Positions 23,090 through 36,749 of a stretch of DNA of 64,000 nucleotides are shown one piece after another. Origin of the DNA: Sphyrna mokarran (lineage: Eukaryota); the NCBI GenBank assembly GCA_024679065.1, contig JAGIQG010000043.1, positions 1,984,001 through 2,048,000 of the forward strand, written 5' to 3'. The notes under the pieces are model-generated. The model was not told the origin of the DNA, did not search any database, and was given only the letters and a program-made list of their open reading frames with translations. A program made the translations under genes and the position numbers. Position 1 is the stretch's first letter. Every line of letters begins with the position of its first letter.

Positions 23090-24680
23090 TGTAAAGAATC
23101 CGGTGTAATGGTGCAACGAGAATAATCTCTCTCTCAATGCCAGCCAAACGATGGAGGTCGTCATCGACTAAAGGAAGTGTAGTGGGGGGCATTCCCCGAT
23201 CTACATCAACGGGGATGAAATGGAAATTGTCGAGAATTTCAAGCTTCTAGATTGTCAGATCACCAGTAACCTATCCTGCCCCCTCCACGACAACGCAGGT
23301 GTCAACAACACCAATGCATCTACCGTCTCAGGAGACTATGAAAATTCGGCATGTCACCTACGATTCACACCAACTTTTACAGATGCACCATAGAAAGCAT
23401 CTTTCCCGGATCTATTACAGCTCGGTATGCCTCCAGGTTTGTGCATGAATCGCAAAAACCCAGTCTGAAGGTGCAGCAGGTGATCAAGAAGGCGAATGGA
23501 ATGTTGTCCTTTATAGCGAAGGGGACAGGGTACAAAAGCAGGGAGGCCTTGCTACAATTGTACAAGGCCGCAACAGGAGCACTGTGTACACTTTTTGTCC
23601 CCTTATTTTCAAAAGAATATATTGGTTTTGGAGGAGTACAGAGAAGGTTCACCAGGTTGATACCGGAGATGAAGAGGTTCGATTATGAGGAGAGATTGAG
23701 TAGATTGGGCCTGTACTCGTTAGAGTTTAGAAGGCTAAGGGGTGATCTTATAGAGTCATATAAGATAATGAAGGGGCTAGATAAGGTAGAGATAGAGAGA
23801 TCTTTCCACTTAAAAAGGAAACAAGAACTAGAAGATACAGCCTCAAAATAAACTGGAGGGGACAGAGTTGAGGAGAAACTTCTTTTGTCAGACGGTAGTG
23901 AATCTTTGTAATTCTCTGCTCATTGAAGTGGTGGAGGCTACCTTGTTGAATATGTTTAAGTCACAGGTAGATAAGTTTCTGATCGATAAGGGACTGAAGG
24001 ATGATGGGGGGTGGGGGGCAGGCGGGTAAATTGAACTGAACCACTATCAGATCAGCCATGATCTTATTGAATGGTGGGGCAGGCTCGAGGAGCCAGATGG
24101 CCTACTCCTGCTCCTATTTCTTAAATTGTTATGTTCCCCTGCTCTAACCAAGGCTGCAAGAAACTGCGAATAGTTATGAACATAGTGTAGTCCCTTCACT
24201 CAAGCCAGGCTTCCTTCCATTGAATTCATCTACATTTCCTGCTGCCACGGGAAAAGCTGACAGATTAACCAAGGACCAAATGTACCCCAGACATTTTTAT
24301 TCCACCTTCTTTCATTGGGAAAAGGATGGAAAAGTCTGAAGTCACGTAATAACCGTCTCAACGAGTTACTTCCCTGCTGTTATCAGACGTTTGAATAAAC
24401 CTACCTTATATTAAGCTGATGTTTTTGTACATGTGAATGTAGCATTACATTTCACACAGCTTATTTTCCTTCTCCTCTACGCACTCTATGAATGGTATTC
24501 TTTGTCTGTAAGGCGAGCAGCAAACAATATTTTTCCACACTCTAGATATGATTGTAAAATTGCAGTCTGCATCCTTTCGTTCTCCCCTATGTACTCTATA
24601 AACAGTATGTCTTGTCTCGATATTTTTTCATTGTTTCCCAATACATGAGACAATAATAAATCAAACGAAATCAAATCAAA
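23090..24680 (+). mobile_element. Rex/Babar-like fragment (about 23090-23435 and 24140-24680) interrupted by a nested CR1 fragment (about 23440-24135)
   Basis: TNFYRCTIES-type motif before the junction, KKL-type continuation and 96-bp tail after it, CR1 motifs in between. Confidence 0.65.
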
Positions 24681-25444
24681 ACGTTCAGTTATGCTAAGTA
24701 GAAACTGGAGCAACTATCCACTATCTCAATGGTGTTAACCCTACAAAGCCACCACGCTAATGAGGAGTGCAGATGTCCCAAACCTTTAAGGAAGGTGCTC
24801 GTGGCGGTGAGGAGTGCATGGGCTCGCGTCATGGGTCTTTTTGCTGTTACAACGCACCAGCTCTTCTCTCAGGTAACTCAGTACTCGGGCCCCCGGGGGT
24901 TGGAAAACATGGTGGAAATGCACGTTTTGCAGAGACGACGTGCATGCTGCTTACAAGCTGGAGAATTCAGCGCTGTGTTTATTTTGTCTCACTGTTTCCT
25001 GTTTACAATTCAAGAGGCCATTCGCATCTCAACCCGCAAAGAAAACCACCCCACAGCTTACGTTTAACTGGGTGCTTCAGACTGATGCAAACTGTAGAGG
25101 AGAGGCAAGGTTGCAGAACTCAACAATATTACTGGTTTGTGACATTCGCTTGAGCCCAGGGGACAGCAGCCTAATACCGAGTGTTGCGTTGAAATCACTC
25201 TGAACACAGTCATTTATTCTGTTTCCAACCAGAAAGTGTCAGCTTGAAGAAAACTAGAAACAGGAGTGAATGATTGAGTTATTGTTTCGCTCTGTCTATT
25301 TGTCTGGTAAAACATTCTCTTCCACAATGGAGCATGGACAATCTGCTCAGGACTGGTGATTATCCGTCACACGAAACTCCTGCTACATTTTCCAGAGTGT
25401 GGTGACTCGGGGATTTTCACATTACTTCACTGTAGTGTTAAGAG

Positions 25445-26720
25445 CATAAGAAATAGGAGCAGGAGTAGGCCATCCAGCCCCTCGAGCCTGCCCCGTCATT
25501 GAATAAGATCATGGCTGAACTGATGTGGATCAGTTCTGTTTTCCCGCTTTCTCCCCATAACCTTTAATTCCCTTGTCTATCAGAAATCTATCTAACCTTA
25601 AATATAAGGTTAAGGTTAAATATATTCAGCGAGATAGCCGCTTTAATCGGCATGAATTCCTGAGATTCACCCCCCTTTGAGTGAAGAAGTTCCTCCTCAA
25701 CCCTGATCTAAACTGCTTCCACCCCCTTATTTTGAGGCTGTGCCCTCTAGTTCTAGAACATAGAACATACAACATACAACATTACAGCACAGAACAGGCC
25801 CTTCGGCCTTCGATGTTGCGCCGACCAATATAAAAAGCAATGGCCCTCCAAACTAAACCATTCCCTTCTCTTCCATATACTTATCAACTAACCTCTTAAA
25901 CGCCACCAAACTTGGCGCATCTACAACTGCTGCAAGCAGGGCATTCCACTCCCGAACCACCCTTTGGGTTAAGAACCTACCTCTGATATCCGTCCTATAA
26001 CTATCACCCCTTAATTTAAAGCTGTGTCCCCTCGTGCTAGCTTTCTCCATCCTAGGAAAAAGGCTATCACTGTCCACCTATCTAAACCTCTAATCATCTT
26101 ATATGTTTCGATTAGGTCCCCTCTTAGCCGCCTCCTTTGTAACGAAAACAACCTCAAATCCCTCAGCCTCTCTTCATAAGACCTGCCCTCCATACCAGGC
26201 AACATCCTGGTAAACTTCCTCTGTACCCTCTCCAATGCCTCCGCATCTTTCTTATAATGTGGGGACCAGAACTGCACACAATACTGCAAGTGCGGCCGCA
26301 CTAGAGTTTTGTACAGTTGCAACATGACGTTGCGGCTCTGAAATTCAATCCCCCTACCAATAAAAGCTAAGACTCCATATGCCTTCTTAACAACCTTCTC
26401 AACTTGACTGCCTACTTTCAGGATCTATGCACATACACACCAAGATCCCTCTGTTCATCAAGACTACTAAGAATCCTACCATTAGCCCTATACTCTACAC
26501 ATTTATTATTTCTGCCATAGCGCATTACCTCACACTTTTCCACATTAAACTCCATTTGCCACCTCTTGGCCCAGCTCTGCAACTTGTCCAAGTCCCTCTG
26601 CAAACTATAACACCCCTCTTCACTATCTACCACTCCACCGACTTTAGTGTCATCTGCAGTTTTGGTTTCCTTTCGAAGCAGGAAGAATCTCTATACATCT
26701 ACCCTACCTAGCTCCTTCAT
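25445..26720 (-). mobile_element. Young CR1 (25755-26660) inserted into an older CR1 3' fragment
   Basis: ORF2 C-terminus near-identical to 42320-43130. Confidence 0.9.
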
Positions 26721-27289
26721 TATTTTGTAAGTTAACGTAAACCTCCTTGTGTGACACTAATAAATAAACGTTAAAACTTTCACATTTTGCAGAGACTCCG
26801 TACAGCGTTTGAAAATAGCACTGGAAAATCAACGCAGTGTTAATGTAAATTTTTAAGTGTGTTGTAAGTGTCAAGGAGACTTATTGCAATTAATTTTGAC
26901 TGTTTACCGCTCAGGAGCCGATCCGTGTCTCCGGCCGGAAAGGGAAACATGACACAGTGTGAGACACTGGTGAAAGGCGGTGTGCAGACTGAGGAGTAAA
27001 GACAATGTCCTTGAAATGAACAACATATCTGCTTAATTGCACTCCCCTGTGCACTGAGGATATCGCCCTAATTCTGATTGTATTTACTTCATTTCGAAAA
27101 TATTCTGCTTGCAATCATAGCGTAGCGCAATGCAAAAAGGTGACAACATAAGTTGGTGTCAGATAATTGGTTCATCCGGTATCTGTCTCCCTGCCTACTC
27201 TTGGTCTTGTAACTATTCCTCTCAATCAGCAGGCTATCTGCATCGGGCAGCTGTGACTATCTAACTGGTCTATGTCCCCGGTGATAAGA

Positions 27290-28070
27290 TCACCCCTTAG
27301 CCTCCTACGCTACAGGGAAAAATGTCCCAGTCTATTCAGCCTCTCCTTATAAACCACCAAGTCCCCGTTAAATCCTAGTAAATCTTTTCTGCAGCCTTCT
27401 AGTTTCATAATATCCTTTCTGTAATACGGTGACGAGAACTGTACACAATATCCGCGTAAGTCGTTGGCGAGGTTGCATTTGATGTATTGTGTACTGCGTT
27501 TTTTAGCCATATGATTCAAAAGAGATTTATATACTGGAAAGAGTGCAGATACGATTTACGAGGGCCATTTCAAGACTAGGGGGCGTGATTAATGTCTGGC
27601 CTTATCAATGCTTAGTACAACTTCAAGAAGACGCCCAACTCCTGCATTCAATGTTCTGACCAATAAAACTAAGATGTTAAATCTTTTCTTCATTACTCTT
27701 CCACCCTTGGTCCCACTGTCAAGGAGCTAATTGTATGTATCGCTAGAACCTTTTGTTCTGTAACTCTCTCCACCATCCTAATATTAACAGATAGCTCCTG
27801 CCCTGGTTTGATCTAGCAAAATGCATCACGTCACATTTATTTAAATTAAATTCTATCTGCCATTCATTAGCCCACTGGCCCAATTGATCAAGATTCTGTT
27901 GTAAATCTAAAATAAGTTTCTAGACTGACCACTCGCCACAAATCTTGGCATAATTCGGAAACTTACTAATCATGCTTCCTAAGTTCTCAGCCAAATCAAT
28001 AATATAATTATAAATGTGGACCAAGCACCGATCTTTGAGGCACGCCATTGATCACAGGCCTGCAGATTGG
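27290..28070 (-). mobile_element. Degenerate CR1 fragments
   Basis: YCVQFSSPYYRKD and eroded RT motifs. Confidence 0.7.
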
Positions 28071-30049
28071 AAAACAACACTTTCCATCCATTCTGTCTTG
28101 GAGAGAGCACAGCCAACGTTTTGAGTATGAATGACTCTACCTCAGAGGTCATTTTAATACGTTTTTCCTTGCAGAATAGAAATTTGAATTTCGACAATAG
28201 AACTGATAATTCAAGTAGCATGAACACAGAGTATTTCTAATGTAGAGGGACGTGTTTTTATTTCCATAGACAAAAAGTGGCACTTTGGTTAGCTTTGCTG
28301 CCTCACAGGCAGGACATGTGTTCGATTCCTGGCTTGGATGATCGTCTGTGTCTGCACGTTTCCCCCGTGTCCCCAAGGTTTGCTTTGGGTTTTCTGTTCT
28401 CCTTCCATAGTCCGAGAGACTGCTGCTAAGATGTTTTGGCCATGCTGAATTCTCCGGAATTTGGAGGGGTTCTGAGGCAAAATCGAGAAATAATCGATTG
28501 AAGAATAATGGGAAGGGCTATTCTGCCTATAGCAACACATGCCTGCAAATCATCCACTCAATTTCCGTGTGGAATGTTTGTGTTTGAGTCGACCACACCT
28601 ATATTCAATTTAAAAAATGCATTTGTAATGGGAATCACAGGAGAAACTTGATAGGTCAGATCTTAACAACCGTCTCCATTATCATGTAACTATCACCGCG
28701 ACGGATTCAAAAAATAAGTCCTAATATTTCTGATATTAAAGGCGTCATCTCAGTCAAACAGCGTTTCAAATTTGCTCGTTCCTTTAATTGAACCTCTAAC
28801 GTGAGTAGGTATTTCCTTATTTATTTTATTTAGTTATTAGTCACAAGTAAAGCTTACATTAACATGCAAATAAATTGTTATGAAATTCACTTAGTTACCA
28901 CACTTCGGCGCTGTTTAGGTAAATACAGCCCGTCTGTCAGACTGTGGGAGGAGAAAAACCTACGCAGACAAGGGGAGACTGTACAAACTCCACATCGACG
29001 GTGACCCAAACCGAGAATCGAACCCGCGTCCCTGGCTCTGTGAGGCAACAGTGTCAACCACTGTGTGACAGTGCCGCCCAAATTCTGTTAGCGAGTTTGT
29101 ATTAAACACTTTGCACGCAAAGCTCTTTCAGTCAAAACTATTGGCTGAGTTTGCCAACGGTATTGATAGTAATATTTACAAACAGAATAATAGGGTGCTG
29201 TGTTCGAAGAGGAGTAATTTTCAGGGATTTTGGGAGATAAATAAGATGCACAACTGGAGAGCAGGTTCATCCAATTGGCACCTGCGTGACGGGCAGAATG
29301 GCCACTTTCTACAGCCATAATTCGATGATTTCTGCGGATAATATCCGCTTACCCATGACGTCAGACGGGAACACGGATTGTGAATTTTGTTTCAAGAATA
29401 AATATATCTGTGTCCAATAGCAGGACACAATCTGTTTAGTCTTGAGATGCACACAAAACTGTAGACTTCATATTTATGTAGCTGAAATTCCCAAGCAGGT
29501 GTCTTGTCAGTCCCTAAACCTACTTCAAATGCATTTTTCACTCCAAAAATGGCTTCTTTAATGAGCTAAAGCGCCACCCGAAATACTTTCATTCTGAACC
29601 ACTTGGGAACTGGAATCACACGGCTTTTCAAAACGTGTTTAATGGATTGTATCATTGCTTTGCCTAACGTGCTGTACAAAATGCAGCATGTCAACGCCGA
29701 TATCGGAAATTAGAAACTTGAAAAGACTCAAGTTGAACCGCAAGCGATATTTAATTGTAGAATAATTAACATTAGGACAAAATTCCCTTTCCACTTTATG
29801 GGCCAGTGCAGACATTCAACCACAAATCCGTCTGCAGTTGAAAATTCACCTGTTCAAACTTTGCATACAACAAATTCTAAAGTTTCTGCAACATGAAACA
29901 TCCAGAAACCACACGGTGAGCACGCCCTTTCCTCTCCGATTAGAATGTTGCATCCTGGTTGAAGGCCAGGAGAGCCTCAAGTGCCTGTGGATAAAAAGTC
30001 ATTTGTACTGTAGTCAACACCAATAGTGCCGGGATAGGTGAGACCATTG

Positions 30050-30690
30050 AACCCAGAGATCCATAGAATCCATGAAAGAGAATCGTACCCAGGCCTATCC
30101 CCGCTGTATGCCCATTAACCCGCGTGTTAACCATGAATAATCCATCTAAGGGACGCATCTTTGGAATCTGTGGGGCAATTTAGCGCATCTAATTGATCTG
30201 ATATACAAATCTTTGGATTCTAAGGGTGAATTTACCATGGCTAATCCACCTAACCAGCAAAAAATTGGATACTAAGGGGAAATTTACGTGGCCAAACCAC
30301 ATAATTGCACATTTTTGGGCACTAAAGAGTAATTTAACATGGCCAGACCCTGCATCTTCGGACACTAACGTACAATTTGGCATGGCCAACCCACTTAACC
30401 AACACAGCCTTGGACACTAAGGGGCAATTTAGCATGGCAAATCCCCCTAACTTTGGACACAAAGGGGTCATGTGGTATGGCCTATCCCCTGATCTTCGGG
30501 CACCAAAGGCCAACATGGCATGGACGGTCCATTAACTTCCACATATTCGGACTATGACAGGAAACTAGAGCACCTGGGGGTACTCCATGCAGATACGGGG
30601 ACGACATGCAAACTCCACAGTCATCGAAGGCCAGAGTTGAATGCAAGTGCCTGGAATTGTGAGACAGCAATGTTAACTATTGTAGCATAG
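30050..30690 (-). mobile_element. HE1/V-SINE with degenerate 52-bp repeats
   Basis: Repeat units plus V core. Confidence 0.75.
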
Positions 30691-31024
30691 TCCCATTCAA
30701 TTCAGATCATGGCTGATAGGTAGCTTCCTGACGTATTCCCCCTATGTTTCTATAATTCTTACAAACCTCCCTGACAATAAGCTGTCCTTCTCAGTTTTGA
30801 TAGTTTCAATTGATCACTGCCCTATACGACTTTTTAGTCGCAACTGTTCCAGAATTCCATTCCTCCTAATATGAAGAACTTCCCGCGCCCACCTCCGAAC
30901 ATTTGTCTATCATTTTACTTTTCTGCCTGCTTGTCAGGAATTCCCCCCAAACGAAGAGAGGCCACTCTTCATCTATCCCAGTCCAATAATGTTGTGTAAT
31001 CATTTAAAGCATTTCAAAGTACAA

Positions 31025-31705
31025 AGAAGAACAAAGAACAAAACAGCACGGGAAACAGGCCCTTCTGCCTAACGAGCCCGCGCCGCCATCCCGATGTTCC
31101 CAACTCTACCCGCGATCCCTGTCCATGTTTATAGATCTATGGATCAAAAACCAAATTTGAGACAATTTAGGGAGACATTGTTTTGCCAATTAGCCTAAGA
31201 GCACATCTTTGGGATGTGGGAGGAAACCGGAGCACCCGGAGAAAACCCACGCAAGCACGGGGAGAATGCGCAAACGACCACAGACACAGACCCAAATCCA
31301 TGTATCTGCCCAGCACAGCGATAGTCACTGAGCTGTCGTGTTGACCATCAAATGGTCCAGGTCAAGCGTACACTAACGATGTGAAGCACTAGGATACTCT
31401 CGAAAAAAAATCCAAGAGCAGCCCTCTCACGACCCATCGCGTGTATGCCCCTCGTTAGACAACAAGGTGGACCAAAGCACCTGTAGGATCAAAATAAGTA
31501 CATCAATATCATCATCTATTTACACACTTCCCAGGGACTCCCAAGGCTCATGATACCTATTTTAAATCAGTTTTCTATATCCCTCCATTCCCATTCTGTT
31601 CATGTGCCCATCTAAGTATTTCTTAAATAACTCCAGAGTACCTGACACCACCACGTTACTTGGCAGTGCATTCCATACCCCCACCAACCTCTGTGTGAAA
31701 ATTTC
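31025..31705 (-). mobile_element. CR1 3' end with a V-SINE-core-containing UTR
   Basis: Highly similar to 61840-62510. Confidence 0.85.
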
Positions 31706-31839
31706 AATGAGATTAAGTTACAATCTTGTATTCTGGAGGTTAAGCAAACCTTGCCTGTTCTGTGTTGTAATGAGCACCATCCAAAGTCTTTTAGACAAAC
31801 ATAAAAATACATGAGTTTACAATAGATGTGAAGAAGATT

Positions 31840-32900
31840 TATACGTGTGGAATTGTCAAATGGATAGAGAAGTGACAGATGGAATTTAACAGTGAAGTGT
31901 GTGATACAGTTTGGAAGGAGCAATTTGACAAGGAAACGCCCAATCAACAGTATGACACAAGGATGTACAGAGAGACCTTGGCGTTTTTGCCCATAGATCT
32001 CTGAAGGTGGAAGAACATGTTAGCAGGGAGGCGAAAAAGCCTTATGGGAACTTGTTTTTATCAGTTGAGGCATGGATTACAAAAGCAGGGAGGTCATGTT
32101 GGAGTTGTGTAGAACTTTCGGCCTGCGACAGCCAGAATAATGTGTTCAGTTCTGCTCGCTACATCATAGGAAGGACGTGACTGCACTGGAGGAAGTTCAG
32201 TGGAGGTTCACCAGAATGCTGCCTGGCATAGAACATTTGAGTTGTAAACTGAGGTTTGGTAGGTCTGGGTTGTTTGTGTTGAAACAGAGAAAACTGAGGG
32301 AGGACTTGACCGAAGTCTGTAAGATTATGAGAGATACTGGGAGCAGGTACAGAGGAGATATCAGGGGTAAGAGAGTGAGTGGAATCGGCTGCCGTCGGTG
32401 GTGGTACAGGCGAACGCATTGGGGTTTTTTAAGCCATTTCTGGACGAGTCCATGGTGTTTACTTTGATTGAGAGTTATAGATTGGCTTGGTAGGTACGGA
32501 TATGATCAGCACAACTTTTGGGCCAAAGGATCTCTTTGTGCCATAGTGTTCTAGTTTCTATATTCTATATGGATATAGTGGAGAAGGTACTAACTAAGTG
32601 GACCCTTAGTTGAAGGGTCAATCACGAAAGACAGAGGTACAAGGTGAGTGCACGAGATTTATGGGGAATGTGAGGAAAACTCGTTTTTAACTACAGGATA
32701 ATGATGGTCTGGAATGCGAGGCCTGGCAGGATGTCGAGGCAGTTCCCTTATAATCTTTACAAGGTACACGATTGAGACCTTGACACATCACAACATTCAA
32801 GGTTAAGGGCCAAGTACTGGCAGATGGAATTAGCTTGGTGTTCAAGTGTTTCTACCGTGTTAGTGCGGATCCGATTATCCAAAGGGCCTCTTTTGCACTG
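31840..32900 (+). mobile_element. Degenerate CR1 fragments
   Basis: RFTRMLPG motif and tails. Confidence 0.75.
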
Positions 32901-33699
32901 TAAGATTCTAAGGTTCTATGAGACTTGACACATTGCTTCTCTCTCCACATATGCTGCTAACCTTGCCACCTTCTTCGAGGATATCCTGAATTGAATTCTA
33001 AACGATTAATTAACATTTTCTGCAAATTGTCCGGGTGTAGTGGCCATAATAATCTTATTCAATCACCTCTTGATTCTGTTTGTGCTCTGTGCAACCTGTC
33101 TAATCCTCGCCACTGTTCACGGTGCCTGTTAGAAAGGGGAATTTAAGTTGGACCTCAAAGACTCATTGAAACCGCTCAAGGAGCAAATAATGAGTTTCAA
33201 ATGGATGGATTGAGAGCGCAAAAGGTGAAGCATCTCCCAACAGTCGCTACCTCTCTGCCGCTACCTGAATCCCTCTTGTGGCCATAAGAACCAATCCCAG
33301 AAGGAGAAGTGTCGACATCGCCAAAGCCCTGAAAAGCAGGAAAATACAATTGGTCAGCAGCGAAGAATCTGCACAATATAAAAAAAAACTTTCAATTAAA
33401 ATAATGAATTGTGGAAAGGATTAGACACTTGGAGAATTTTCTTAACTCTGCCTGCTCAAATACTCCCGAAGGCAGAAATAATTTTTTTTTTTGTCTCTGT
33501 CATTATCATTTTTTTTAGAATCAAGATCACATATAGCATTTTTTCAATAGGACACTGCATGGACAGGTGGCGGCAGAGAGGGAGGTAATTGCCAGAAATC
33601 TTATAGAGAACATTTAGAACAGAAGAGAGAAAAATGACAGATGGATTGACAGAAAGGGAGATTCGTTGATATAACAGAATCCTAGTGACTGGCCGGACA

Positions 33700-34850
33700 A
33701 ACTTCTGACAAGTAGAGAGATTGAAGGGGCAGGCTTACACTAAACTGCTCGACTTGGATACGAAAATAACAGGAACAAATAGAGAGAGCATCATCGTATG
33801 AAATGGATATAGAGAAAGATAGAGGAGAGACACAGGAATAGGGAGACACAGGGATGGAAGTTGAGCTGGGGCTCCATGCAACTGAGACATAAAAAGGTGA
33901 TATATAGATGACTGGAACAATCAATAGAAAAAGTTAGAGAGAAACACACGTGAGAGAGAAAGAGAAAAATTGAGCGAGCAAGTGAGAGAGAGATGCAGAG
34001 AGTGGGCAGAAAAGATAGGCGAGAGAGAGAAAAGAATGTCTGCGTGGCTCTTTTTTCCGGGTGATCCTGTTTCCTCCCGCAGTCCAAAGATGCGCATGTT
34101 AGGTTGATTGGCCATACTAAATTGCACGACGTATCCCAGGATATGACGGATAGAGGCATTAGCGGGGTAAATGTGTGGTGTTGTGGGTGATAGGCCTGGG
34201 GTGTGACTGTTGTTAGTGGGGACTCCGTGGGCCAAATGGCTTCGTTCTGCACATTTTTATGATTTATTGAAGGCTTATACTGAATTAGAAGACAGTTGCA
34301 TGCTCAGGGAGAGAGAGGAGGAGAAGAATCAAAGGGCAGGCAAAGAGAACTAAGGGGCGAGAGAGAGAGAACGAGAGAGAAGGTCATACAGAGAACCATT
34401 AAATAAGAAGAGAAATAAACAGACAGATCGACAGAAAGAGACATTCATAAATAGATGGAAATTTGGTATAACTCAGTTAAAAGGTTCACAAATAGAAACA
34501 GGGACAGAAGAGGTCTTAAAGAAAATGGTACAAATCAGATAGAAACAGAGAAACAGATCAGTATAGCACGATCCCGTGAAAGAGATTCGAAAAATGCGAA
34601 AAACACAGAGCAATAGATATACATGAAGAAGAATTGGTCAATATTTAGATGGAGAACCATGTAACTATAAGAGAGAAGGCCGAGGCAGAGGTGTAGAGAC
34701 TACTGGAAGCATCAATAGAAAGAAGAATCAGAGAGGGAAACGGAAAGGCAGGGAGGGACAGAGAAAGACATACGGGTAGAGAGAGGCAGAGAGACAGGGA
34801 GGCAGAGAGGGGGAGAGTGAGAGAGAAAAAGAACAAAGAATAAAGAAAAA
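33700..34850. repeat. GA-rich low-complexity region with a SINE at about 34040-34260
   Basis: Purine-rich tracts seen directly. Confidence 0.7.
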
Positions 34851-35890
34851 AACAAAGAACAAAGAACAAAGAGCAACACAGCACGGGAAACAGGCCCTTC
34901 GGCCCAACGAGCCCGCGCTGCCGTCCCAACGTCTTAATGACATATCCATGACTTTAGGCTATGCCTATTGTGGGAGATTCCCATATAGTGACCAATATAT
35001 TTGTTGGTCAAATTTGTTACGCAATCAGCCTAAAAGCACATTTTTGGGATGTGGGAGGAAACCGGAGCACCCAGAGAAAACCCACGCAACCACGGGGAGA
35101 ACGCGCAAACTCCCGCACACACAGGCCCAAATCCATGTGTCTGCACAGCACAGCGATAATCTCTGAGCTGTCATGTTGCCCATCAGATGGTCCAGTTTAA
35201 GTATACACTAACGTCCCTGTTGTAAAATGTCCCTGCATATCCCTTCTTCCACGACCCGCGGGCTGTTGGGCGGTCTGTAGTACACACCCAACATAGTAAC
35301 CTCTCCCTTCCTATTCCTCAACTCCACCCATAGTGACTCAATTCCTAAATCACCCATACCACCCTCCCTCTGCACTGCTATGATGTGATCCTTAACTAAT
35401 AACGCCACTCCCCCTCCTCTCTTCAAACCACCTCTGTCATGCCTAAAACACTTATACCCTGGAATATTCAATTGCCAGTCCTGCCCCTCCTTTAACCATG
35501 TCTCAGTCACCGCCACCACTTCTAACTTCCTCGTGAACATCATTACCTTCAGTTCATCTGTTTTGCCAGTCACACTCCTCGCATTAAAACACATGCACTG
35601 AAGACCCTCAGGCCCTCTCTGATCCTCCTTCCTACCCTCCGGACTTACCCTGTCACCCATCTCTCTCCCACTCCCAGTTCCCTCTGTCTCCCCACCCCCC
35701 CTCCATATTAGTTTTAACCCTGCCAAAACACTCCAGCTAACCTCCCAGCTAAAATATGGGTGCCCTTCCCAGACAACTGCTCCCCGTCCCTCTTGTATAG
35801 ATGCCCCCCCTCATGAAGACTTCCCAATGGTCTATGAATCTGAAACCCTCTGCCCTACACCAATCCCTCAACCATGCTTTTAGTTGGAGC
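34830..35890 (-). mobile_element. Internally deleted CR1: ORF1 end and APE endonuclease (35208-35726) fused to the 3' UTR
   Basis: APE motifs CFNARS, AVTETWL, RGGGVALLVK, GVYYRPP; UTR matches 12000-12325. Confidence 0.85.
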
Positions 35891-35984
35891 ACGGGAAACA
35901 GGTCCTTTGACCCAATGAGCTCGTGCCGCCTCCTCGATGTTTCCAGTTTTACCTATTGTCCCTCTCTATGTTTATAGAACTATG

Positions 35985-36250
35985 CATTCAAAAAGAGACA
36001 AAGAGGGAGACAATGAAAGAGGGAGACACAAACAAACAGAAGGGCAGTGAAAAAGAGAGACAGGGAGCCAGGGAGAGAGAGAGGGAGAGACAGAGTTAGA
36101 AAGAGGGACAGAGAGAAAGAGGGAGAAAGAAAGAGACCGAGACACACACATAAAGAAAGAGAGAGAGATGTAGAGAGAGAAATAGAAAGGGAGAGAGGGA
36201 GAAAGAGAGAGAGATGCTCAGACAGATAAGTAGAGAGAGAGGAAAGATGC
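35985..36250. repeat. (GA)n-rich degenerate microsatellite
   Basis: Seen directly in the sequence. Confidence 0.85.
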
Positions 36251-36749
36251 AAACTGTAAGATGAGTAGACATAGTGAACGAGAGACATAGGTTAAACTGC
36301 GCTGGGACATGATTACATAGATTGAGAGAGAAAATCTAGAAAGGGGAGAGAGATGGTCGGTCATCTATAGCACAAAGATAAACAGACAGGCAGTGTTTAA
36401 ATGAGTATGAGACAAGTAAGTTTAAGAACGGGTAAGTAAATGACTGCATACAGCGGGTTAATATAAAGTCACTCTGGGAACGTAATCAAACTCTTCAATT
36501 TCACACATCGCTAGATCAACCACTGACAACCAACAGTGTCAATATTGCCTAGTTAGGCACAAGAACACAAAACGAAACAGCAGGAGACCACCCTGACCTT
36601 TCAGGCTGCTCCTCTATGCAATAATGGTGACTGATTATCAACAAATCTTCAAGCTTCCGGCTATTATCCAAATATATTAACGCCCCCTCCCACCCCCCGC
36701 CACTTCCTATGCAATGCCTACAACGCTATCTCACTGACTGAACATCCAT

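Noticed and set aside
29356-29363. Perfect CRE TGACGTCA
   Set aside because: Not conserved at the paralogous position (about 315) and not near a gene start.
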